64,000 nt of DNA. It comes from Trichoplax sp. H2 (lineage: Eukaryota). Location of the stretch: the NCBI GenBank assembly GCA_003344405.1, contig NOWV01000021.1:558001-622000 (forward strand). Direction: 5' to 3'. The translations under genes and the position numbers were made by a program. The first letter of the stretch is position 1. Each line of letters starts with the position of its first letter. Below the pieces are notes generated by a model that saw nothing but the letters and a program-made list of their open reading frames with translations, made no database searches and was not told the origin of the DNA. Positions 11,973 through 21,780 of the stretch are shown piece after piece.

Positions 11973-14267
11973 CTAACAATGATCAACTTGATGATCTCGC
12001 TGATCATTTGAGGTAGTTTCCATAATATCTACAGACCTGTTACCATCTAGACTTAGATGATCTATCGGTGGTGATGGCTTTACAACTTTAATTTTGTAGT
12101 ACTTTACTAATATAATAATAAAAATGACAATTAAAGTTACTAGGACTGTCATACAGGCTATAACTATTGACCAAACTGCCAACGTGGACAGTGCGGGAGT
12201 TATGGAAGTTGGAGTTGGTGTAGGATTCGAATAGTTAGATCTTTTAGTCACCCTACTGTTGATAAATGTAATTCTTTGACCGTTAGGAAACAAGAATTGC
12301 GTCGTATTGACTGGGGGACTAGTATTAGAACGCTTCTTTCGATTTAATCTATAATTTACGCTAGAGTCGAAATTATTATGATACAGAAACTGCATTATGT
12401 AATCCATGCGATCATGATACAGTAAAAAATTAAGTTTAGTTATAGTATCTGTTACAGTTTTTGGTAATAAACTAAGATCTAAGTTATCGCGATACCGGTT
12501 AAAGTTAATAATAACAGTATGCCAGTTAACACCAGGCCTAAGGATGATATTATGTGATGAATTGCCCGTTATAACTACAATCATTCGTTTATGATCAACA
12601 TGCAAACTTTGATTTTTAAAACTGTGAAATATTGTAATCGGAAGTGTCTTATCTGTTCTAGTTTTAATTAATTTTAAATTGAAATTAATAGGATCAAAAT
12701 TATGTATCCTTAACTTATCTTGTTCATTATTAACCACTTTAATGTCGGCGTGTATAGCACTAGTGTGATTATTTATAATATGAAGAGAAAATATAGTATC
12801 TTGCTGAACAGTCATAAATCTTCCAGGTATTATAACACCTTTCGAATCAGTAGTATAGATGAAAGGGCCTTTTAATAGTATTTGATTGAATATCAAATTA
12901 CCGCTTGCTGTGCCATCGATTAAATCTTGCCCAAATGAAAAGGTTGAAAAGTGAAAGGTGTTATTTAGCCCGGTAAATATTTCACAAGCTGGGCTACTTA
13001 TTATTTGCATATTTCCTTGAGCACCTAAAATTTGATTGTTCCTACTTTGACCAAAAGCGATTTTTTGGCTGTATTGATCTGTTGTAATTACTGTTTCAAT
13101 AGTGGATTGATTTAAAATATCTTGAAAAGTCCAGTCATTTCCATAGTGACTTAAGATGGATCGATCTCTAACCGATGGATTAAAAAATTGAAACAGGGGT
13201 ACTGGGCCGCTGATAGAAATAATGACTTTGCTCATGCCAGCTGTAGGTATTTGATGAGATAATTTAGAGAAAGCTGTTACTTGATCTGTTATAATCCTAG
13301 CCCATGAAATCATCTTGCAAAGATCGGAAAGCGATAATAACTGATCTACGTTATGATGAAATAGAGCCTTAATAATTAGATGAATATACCCAAGTTGATC
13401 TACATTATCGATCAATAACCTGCTGTATGTATCTAAAGTTAAAATGCCTGGAATATTAAGCAATTGATCAATACTTTGATTTAAACCGTAATGAAAATTA
13501 TAATTTGAAAACTGATTACGTCCATTAGGTGACAGAAACGTGTAAACAAGAGATAAACTCAGTAATTGCCCAGCCGTTATCCGTTTAAACGTTTTAAGAT
13601 GCATGTGAAGTTGATTCTTGAGCCAATAGCCTAATCTTGTTAACTGACGATAAAAATGCTTTACTGCAGATGTGGGTAACTGATTAGTTAACATCAAATT
13701 GATTATTTTGTTAGCTTGATCCATTTTTAGTGCTGTATGTCCGCAATAAATATCACGGGCAGATTGATCATCAATCCGTAGTATGGTTGAAAAATTAGCA
13801 ATACCACTTAAGCTCTTCTTTGTAATATGAGCGGATGATAAAGAATACCAAGAATTTAGGTCTAGTTGAGCATTTAAGATAATGTTAGAAGAATTCAGAG
13901 GACATGTACAGTTAACTAACGATCGCTGGCTCTTATGATTACATCGAGCGATTAATTTTTCACCAAATAATTTTTCATATAACTGATACCAAATCGTAAT
14001 ATAGACTTGATTTGTCATAGCATATTTAGACTGTGGATGAATACCGCTGATGCCGGAATTGGGTATAATATGATCCAAATCAAAAGATAATCTATCAAGT
14101 TGATAGAAGTATACTTGTAATTGCTCTTGATCTTGATGTTGAATTTGAGTTAGAATAGGACACAAAACATGATTTCTATGAATAACTAACGCAGATGTTA
14201 TTGTTAATTCAGTATTAACCAGAATAAAAATGACTACAGCCCATAAAATGGTACCATAACGAGCCAT
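11973..14267 (-). CDS. Intronless orphan type-I membrane protein (~764 aa): signal peptide, large ectodomain with a degenerate RTX-like region, RKKR furin site, S/T/P stalk, TM helix, short tail
   Basis: A 2.4-kb open frame in AT-rich DNA. The track start at 14375 is TTG; the first ATG (14267) gives MARYGTILWAVVIFILVNTELTITSA. TM segment LAVWSIVIACMTVLVTLIVIFIIILV is followed by KYYKIK. Several N-x-S/T sequons are present. Confidence 0.85.
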   Translation of the reverse strand: MARYGTILWAVVIFILVNTELTITSALVIHRNHVLCPILTQIQHQDQEQLQVYFYQLDRLSFDLDHIIPNSGISGIHPQSKYAMTNQVYITIWYQLYEKLFGEKLIARCNHKSQRSLVNCTCPLNSSNIILNAQLDLNSWYSLSSAHITKKSLSGIANFSTILRIDDQSARDIYCGHTALKMDQANKIINLMLTNQLPTSAVKHFYRQLTRLGYWLKNQLHMHLKTFKRITAGQLLSLSLVYTFLSPNGRNQFSNYNFHYGLNQSIDQLLNIPGILTLDTYSRLLIDNVDQLGYIHLIIKALFHHNVDQLLSLSDLCKMISWARIITDQVTAFSKLSHQIPTAGMSKVIISISGPVPLFQFFNPSVRDRSILSHYGNDWTFQDILNQSTIETVITTDQYSQKIAFGQSRNNQILGAQGNMQIISSPACEIFTGLNNTFHFSTFSFGQDLIDGTASGNLIFNQILLKGPFIYTTDSKGVIIPGRFMTVQQDTIFSLHIINNHTSAIHADIKVVNNEQDKLRIHNFDPINFNLKLIKTRTDKTLPITIFHSFKNQSLHVDHKRMIVVITGNSSHNIILRPGVNWHTVIINFNRYRDNLDLSLLPKTVTDTITKLNFLLYHDRMDYIMQFLYHNNFDSSVNYRLNRKKRSNTSPPVNTTQFLFPNGQRITFINSRVTKRSNYSNPTPTPTSITPALSTLAVWSIVIACMTVLVTLIVIFIIILVKYYKIKVVKPSPPIDHLSLDGNRSVDIMETTSNDQRDHQVDHC

Positions 14268-16397
14268 ATTCAGGGAATTTGAACTGATTTTATAAAACGA
14301 GTTCAAAATCGTTTGAATTGAATTACCTATGTCATGTGATTGTAGCAGCAAGTAAAGAGGTAGAAAAAGATTCAACAGTCAATAATATAACGTAAATGGT
14401 ATAAAAAATCTTATAACTTGTTGATAACTAAAAACGAAAGATTAGCTGGCTATTTAAAAAATGGAGTAAAGAAAACAGTACTGAATTCACAACCATATTG
14501 CTCCCAAGCTTGGGTAAAAAGAACGTGTCTTTCTACAGGATGGGCTAGTATCTTATTAAATAGCGTAAAATAGTGATAATTTCTTATCACGTCGCTTATA
14601 ATACTGAACCATATGCTTTGAATTAAGGCTAATCAATAGTTCTTTTCCTTAAATCTTATCAAATTATTTATCGATTTAGGCGGATTAACTTAATTATTTA
14701 GTGTATTTATATATAAATTTGAAGACCTGGAGTAATTTACATATTTTTCTTACCACGAATCATATTTTCCTACCATTTCGTCGTTATTAAAGGTTATACA
14801 ATTACAAAAGATGTACATACGTAAATGTGTGACTATTATTAATACTACTGATGCCATAACTAGATATGATGACCTTAATTAATTTGAAACTAGATTTACG
14901 TTTCTTATAATAAACAACTATTAGGTCGCTAAATGTTTCTTAATTGTACACGTATATTGAATATAAATGAATCATTCATGATACAAGATTGTAAACATAT
15001 TGTTTTTTTTGTTACAAGTAGATAGCATAATTGATATATTAATTATTCGATCGAAGTATATTTAGTACTTCTGATCTGTAAAAATAATAACCAAAAGGAT
15101 TAGCTAAAGTAAGTAAAATATGAATACTTTTTATGTTCACGGTAGAAGCTTTCTTTCGTCATAGTCCTATGCATAGATAAATGATTGCCCCATACATGTA
15201 TGCGTGAGGTGCACTTCGAAATTACAAGTAAAAAGACGTTAAAGTTCTTATAAATGTCTTTCCACATTTTCGGAAATATCGATTTTAAAAGAAGTCGATA
15301 ATTAGGTGGATTAAATGTATTCTTTGATATTGTGCATAGTCAAGCTAACCGTTAGGATCAAATATTAATCTAATAAATTTATTCGATCCCGCTTTATATC
15401 TTATGTGTAATCATGCAGTAAAGTTTAAACTGTCTAAATAATACGAATTGATTTATATCATTGGTCTTAGTGCAGCAAGAATGAATTTTACTAAAATTAT
15501 CTTTATGTTGCACGTAGACTATCGTAATACCGTTAGAATAATAACAGAAAAATTGAGATTGACCTAATGTTAATTCGATTTAAGTCTACTAATATACCCA
15601 GTGTGAAAAGTATTTCTAGACTTTATAAGCGATTTTATATAAATAAGTTTAGCTAAATTATGAATAACTTAGCTTATTCTTACTTACTTTAATTAAATAC
15701 ACTATGAACATTGGATATTCATTGACAGAAATAGATCTTAGCCGTAACAATTTGTATAAAAGCGACATACATTAATCTATTAATAGAGCTAAATGTGTGG
15801 TCGGGTAACAGGATCATATCTTATGATACGTTACTTAAAATGAGATTGATAAAACTATTACCATACTAATGGTATAATGATTTGTAATCATGACAAGACT
15901 ACAAGAGCACTAAAAGTAGTAAAACCTCATCCTGTCTAAATAATGTGTCATTACTATATGATGATAATAAATTAATATATGAAATAAAGTGTTTTATTGT
16001 AATTAATCTCTTTGACGATATTTTCATAAATTTCACATAAGTTAAAGTTTAAATTCGCTCGATACATAACATTACAAAGGCGAGTTAACATTTTAAAGTT
16101 AAAGTCAAAGGTGTACCAGAAAATTGATTTAAGATAGCAAACGCTAACATCAATTTTCAAATAGCTACACAAGTCGAAAGAACATGATTATAACAGTTAA
16201 TGATTTGTACTATCAAATGATACATTAAACGAAGCTTAGTAAACTTAGTAACAAAAAGTTATCTTTAACTACTGGTATGTAAGACTAAAATGACTTATTT
16301 CAGCTAATTTATAGTTTCGTACCGTTGCTTCACCAAATATGATGGCTAATAAAAGTTCATACATATGGAATAAGTATAACTGACAGTAAAGTTATTA

Positions 16398-18580
16398 TTA
16401 CTGTTTTTCCTCAAACTGGGATTTATTTTTCAATAAGTAGGCGGCCGTATATTCGATAGGATTAGGTGGCCTAGATGAAATTTTAAGTATATTATTATTT
16501 ACTTTAAAGGAGATATCAGCATAAATTATTGTCCAGTATGGTTACTTTAGGTTATAGATCGCATTTCTAATTCAAGTCTTACCGTTCTTTAGCTAATGTT
16601 GATAATGCTTGCAATAAGATAGGTACCACAGTTTGATCTAAGTAAGCTCGCGCGGGCAGGGACTGCAAATCTACTTTCTGTTTAACCGGCTTTTCAATAG
16701 CTTCTTTCTCACCAGCTACAACTCTCTGTTAACATTTTGATTCTTAGTATCGGATGGAATCATAAAAATTTTCGAGCATATTAAACAGACTTACTAAGAC
16801 ATTCGAACTTAATCCTAGTTCAGCATGTATCGGTTCAGTAGGAAGCTAAGGAGTAAACATTTAAGAGACTAGTTCTTAATTTTCAAATAAATAGGATTGG
16901 ATAAAAGCTAGAACTACAAGCAAGATCTGCTGGCATTTTAAATTATCTTATGATAGCATGATATTTGTTGATATGCTAAAGATGACAACTGGGTTTATTT
17001 AGGGTTAATTATGTTAGGAAAGTAAATGATGATTTACAAGATATTATCTTGCTATAGTGTTGTTGACTTCAGAAAACATTTTATAGCAATCTTACCTCAG
17101 TTCCATCATTATTTGCTGGTGTGGCTGATAAATTCTCTATAATAATGAAATATTGAATTATCGCGTATGAGTAGTAGTGAATTTATCCATTCTATCATGA
17201 ATTATATTAGGCTAAGGTAAAAAGTTAAGATAACCCCAATACTTTCTTTGCTAGTGTAGATGATTGATTCTCCATAATGATGAAATATTGAATTATCTCT
17301 TGATGAATCGTAACAAAACCATCAATCGTATCACGAATTATGTTAGGTTAAAGTAAAAGTTTAAGACAACATCAATGCTCTCTTTGCTGGTATAGTCGAT
17401 AGATTCTCCATAATGATGAAATATTAAATTATTTCTTAACGAATTATAACAAAATCATTCATTGTATCATGAACTATGTTAGGGCAAAGTAAAAAGTCAA
17501 GACGATCCCACTACTATCCTGAAGGAGGATGAATAGAGAAGTAGTCTACTACTTCGGATAAAGTTTCATCTTGGTAACACTATACGCATACTATAAAGCG
17601 TAAAGAAATAACTAGTCATCCATTCTATCATGAAATATACTAGATTAAGGTAAAAGTCAGGGCGAGCCATGCAAAAAGATACCATCATTGGCGTTTACGT
17701 AGAGCGGATAGAAATTACAAATGATCGAATATATGATGAAACATATTGGACTAAGGTAAAAAGTTAGGACGATTCATGCGGAAATACTATCAATAGCATG
17801 TATGTAAAGCCACAGAAATAGATCATTGATATAGAGTGAAATATACGAGACTAGGTAAATACTTTACTATCATTGGGGGTATATGAACAGAGTGATGATC
17901 CATTGCGTCCACTAGAGGTTTCATTTTGAGAGCAGTATACAGTATATTGTCAACGGGAGAGAATATGTACATGATTTCTGTTGTCAATTCTAGCTTTAGT
18001 AAATCATACGTAGTAAATCTAGTATTGATTTCAGTTGTACACTACTAGAAAAGCTATATTTTTATTTTCTACTGGTTCACAGTATGCTTGTAGCAAGGCT
18101 TTCACAGTAGCATGTCCTTCAGTAATGCGAGTGAGTGTTCGTCCTTTTCCTGTTCAATAAGTTAACACGAACATCACTTGACTATAATAAGATATCTAGC
18201 ACATCTACCTCGCTAGCTATTACTCTATATAAAGAACTGAATTGAGTAAATAGATGAAAGGCTTGGATAACGACCATTTAAGGTAAATCATATAGCAGTG
18301 CTTAGATGAAGTCTATCAATGTTGATTGCAGTTGATGTACAGTACAGTAGTAACCACCATTCGTACATTTTATGATCAATGAACAAGTTGGACGTGTAAT
18401 CTACTAGTTCTACTTAAATGCAGCTATTTTAAAGCTATTACTATGAAATTAGATTAACCCACGATATCAAATAAGTGCATTGATCTCCTTTAATCATTAA
18501 AGGAATAACATTAACTTGTTCCAGAGCTCAAAATCCAAGCTACATTTGCTATTGTTGATATTCTTACCCGCATCCGCCAT
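16398..18580 (-). CDS. DPY30: DPY30 (COMPASS/SET1-MLL subunit), 106 aa, 5 exons (18580-18568, 17136-17096, 16845-16795, 16725-16583, 16470-16398)
   Basis: Read directly from the minus strand because the exons are too short for the ORF track: [106 protein letters not shown]. All introns are GT-AG and the phases are consistent (321 nt). Confidence 0.96.
17110..17900. repeat. Degenerate ~135-bp tandem repeat in DPY30 intron 1/exon 2 (3 clear copies, ~3 decayed)
   Basis: ATTCTC(T/C)ATAAT(A/G)ATGAAATATT at 17132, 17267 and 17403; TAAGGTAAAA-like motif near 17214, 17349, 17486, 17647, 17752 and 17852. Confidence 0.85.
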
Positions 18581-19982
18581 CTTGTTAGATCGATCACTAA
18601 GGCACGTGGACAAAATTGGCCAATGGTAGTGGTGTGGATCATGTGATAATTCATCCTTTGCCTATTGGTCCACTTGTACCTTACACGGATGTCACTTTTG
18701 TAAGTATGTTGTAGACGATTGTATGGTACAATACTGTACAGTATGTTACCTACAGTACTGTACACTGTACACTGTACAGTGTACAGTAGTGACGCAGATG
18801 TAGAGTCCGAGTGCAGTGGTTCAAGAGCGCTCCACTTGCTCAAGTCAAAGAGGGCTGAATGTGACATTGCTTTTGCACAGTGCACTTACAGTACATCAAG
18901 AATAATTTCAGTGACTAAAACAGCGATATTGTAGTACAGTATACCGTACAGTCGGAAAAGTGTAGTGAGAACGAAAACACTTAATGCTGCTGAAATGATG
19001 TCATTTCTGCTTTCCATCTCTGGTTTCAGTTGAGAGGACTGAGAGGGAGGAGTGCTTTAGAGGCCATTTTTACAGAGTCCAGCCTAATACTCTACCCGCT
19101 ACTGCATAGGGTCAACTTGGATCAGCTTCTTTATAGAGAGAGAGAGAGCTGGAAATGCAAGCGGAGAGTAATCAAAAAGAGTACGAAAGATCATCACCTA
19201 GACAAGATTTGATGTCACTTTTACTACTCAGCCGGTAGCTACAGCAATCAATCATGCTTCTAGCAGTCCCTGATATCAATCGCCATGCACAGTAAATTAA
19301 TACGCTCGTGTTGGGACAATAAACGAATGCTTTATTGAACGCTAGCTAAGCATTTTAGCTACGTCAGTAGCTCCGTAATGTTGATAAGGTAACTACGCAA
19401 TGTATTCAACAGGCTCGATCAGATGGGCAGTGGACGAGCATCCAGTTTACACTCAATCTGCTCCTGACACCATCCTCGCAGACTGATCTAGGCTAAATAC
19501 GAAAACCTGACAAGTCTGCTACACACTGTGCTTTCAGTCTAACACAGAACGATCAGCGACACGATTCATAAGCTGGAATAAAATCATGCCAGATCCGCTA
19601 GTGCATTAGAAGTCGGGTTGGGTTAGAAGGTTGACGACGTCATTTTAATATACTTTCCCCACATAGTAAGCAAAACGTATGACGCCCCTGGTACCTAGTA
19701 CTCATCAACACTCTGAACAGGTGTAGTTGCAGCACTCAGGGACTCTTGGGCGCCAGTTTTGCTTTGAATAAAAATTGACTCTACTGTACCATTCACTCCT
19801 AAAATTCTAGGCTCCACTATGCAAGCGAAGCGCTATTGAAAAAAAAGGAGTAGTCCATGCCGCTACAGTACCAAGTCGGTCGATCATGATATCATAGTCG
19901 ATTTACGGTACTACACCGTATCAAACCGTATCGGCAGTACACAGATACAGTATAGTATAGGATCGCCATCGAATTGTACAAT

Positions 19983-20674
19983 AGAAGACGGGGTGAGCAC
20001 AGTCTTTTGCTTCTACTCCTGCGCCTGGTACTGTAGCCATCGGAGAGTCAGTGTCCTGTCAGTCACCCCTGCCACTGGGTGACACTGGTGAGTGGATTTT
20101 TCCTTAGAAACCGTATCAAACGCTATCGATAGTACTGTACTGTACAGTACAGTAGAAGACGGGGTGACCACAGTCTTTTGCTTCTACTCCTGCGCCTGGT
20201 ACTGTAGCCATCGGAGAGTCAGTGTCCTGTCAGTCACCCCTGCCACTGGGTGATGGATTTTTCCTTAGAAACCGTATCAAACGCTATCGATAGTACTGTA
20301 CAGTACAGTAGAAGACGGGGTGACCACAGTCTTTTGCTTCTACTCCTGCGCCTGGTACTGTAGCCATCGGAGAGTCAGTGTCCTGTCAGTCACCCCTGCC
20401 ACTGGGTGACACTGGTGAGAGGATTTTTCCTTAGAAACCGTATCAAACGCTATCGATAGTATACAGATACTACTGTACAGTATATTGTATAGGATAGGAT
20501 CGCCATCGAATTGTACTGTACATACTGTATTGTACAGTACAGTACAATGGAAGACGGGGTGACCACAGTCTTTTGCTTCTACTCCTGCGCTTGGTACTGT
20601 AGCAATCGGAGAGTCAGTGTCCTGTCAGTCACCCCTGCCACTGCCTGACTGGTGAGTGGATTTTTCCTTAGAAA
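19983..20674. repeat. Four near-identical GC-rich ~125-bp cores separated by variable (TACTG/CAGTA)-rich linkers
   Basis: GAAGACGGGGTGA(G/C)CACAGTCTTTTGCTTCTACTCCTGCG...GGATTTTTCCTTAGAAA starts at 19984, 20155, 20311 and 20550. Confidence 0.95.
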
Positions 20675-21780
20675 GAGGCTGCAAAAAATTGTCGCTTTCA
20701 CTGAAGATTCACTGAGGATTCGCCGAATTTGATTCCCATATCCACAGAAAGGAGTGCCACAACAGGCAAAAATGATGGTTTGTATTTTAGAAATGGAGGG
20801 ATAGACATATCTTGTCCATGAATTCTTCTTTATTACGTTAATAGTTGAACAATTATTGCCAAGATTGACTATTAATTTAGTTCAAGATAGTTTGATAGAG
20901 TAGTACCGGTGCAGATTGGAGTTTTTTGGACGCGCCAGTAGCGCGCCTGTAACAGTCGTCTTGAGAAATAGCTTACACTATAGCCATTAGGCTTCTGGAT
21001 AGTGATGCAACCATGCAGTTGATCATGGGACAAATTGCTTGCGGGTGATCTATTTTCAATCCGAAAGAAATAGCAAGTTATAAAGCCATCATTGGATTAG
21101 CATGAATCTTAACAAATCTTACTGTTCTACGACGTGTAGGCTGCCATACTTTATAGGAAGATTGAATAGTGCTACAGATTATCACATTATCATACCATAG
21201 TGTAGCGTTATTGGTTCATGTAGACTACTATTCTACCCTATAAAATCGACAGCATTTTATCCACGTAATGAACTGCATGCAGATCGGTCAACATGGTATA
21301 AAAAGCGAGCCATTTCATAACCGTAATGCTCAAAATACTTCACAATATAGTAGTTGCACTCTTATTCTACTTATTTTAAGGTATGCAACAACCTAGACTT
21401 GCATCTGTTGCAAAAAAAATGGAAAAAAAAACCCACTTGACGAGACACTCGATGACACACACCCTTCATCAATGAATTAATTAATATTGCATAGCGCCCT
21501 GGATAGAATTCGGCTTTAGTCGAGAACCATCAAATGTACACTTAGAATAGAGTACAAAACCACGACGTTTCCCAAATAGTTCTGCTATCAAGAGGATCAA
21601 TGGCTCGATTCATAAGTCAACTATCCATTAGAAAGGAGATGAAATACTTGATTCTTCTTCTTCTTACCGATAGACAGTATATTGTACCATCACTACTACC
21701 CGCATGCAATTGCATGCAACGATCTTAGTTGTCATGCCATGAACAATAATAACTACAAAGCGTAAATTATCATCACTAGC

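Noticed and set aside
11973..14267. Endogenous viral envelope gene
   Set aside because: No fusion peptide or heptad region after the furin site, and no LTR, gag or pol nearby. Disfavoured but not excluded without a profile search.
18511..18934. ORFs 18511-18885(-) and 18719-18934(+)
   Set aside because: They run through TACTGTAC low-complexity promoter DNA; only 18580-18568 is coding (DPY30, in a different frame).
19614..19632. Telomere or telomerase-template-like GGGTTGGGTTAG
   Set aside because: A single imperfect unit that does not match a CTAACCCTAA template.
19983..20674. CRISPR-like repeat/spacer appearance
   Set aside because: The cores (~125 bp) are far too long, the linkers are related low-complexity sequence rather than unique spacers, there are no cas genes, and the context is eukaryotic.
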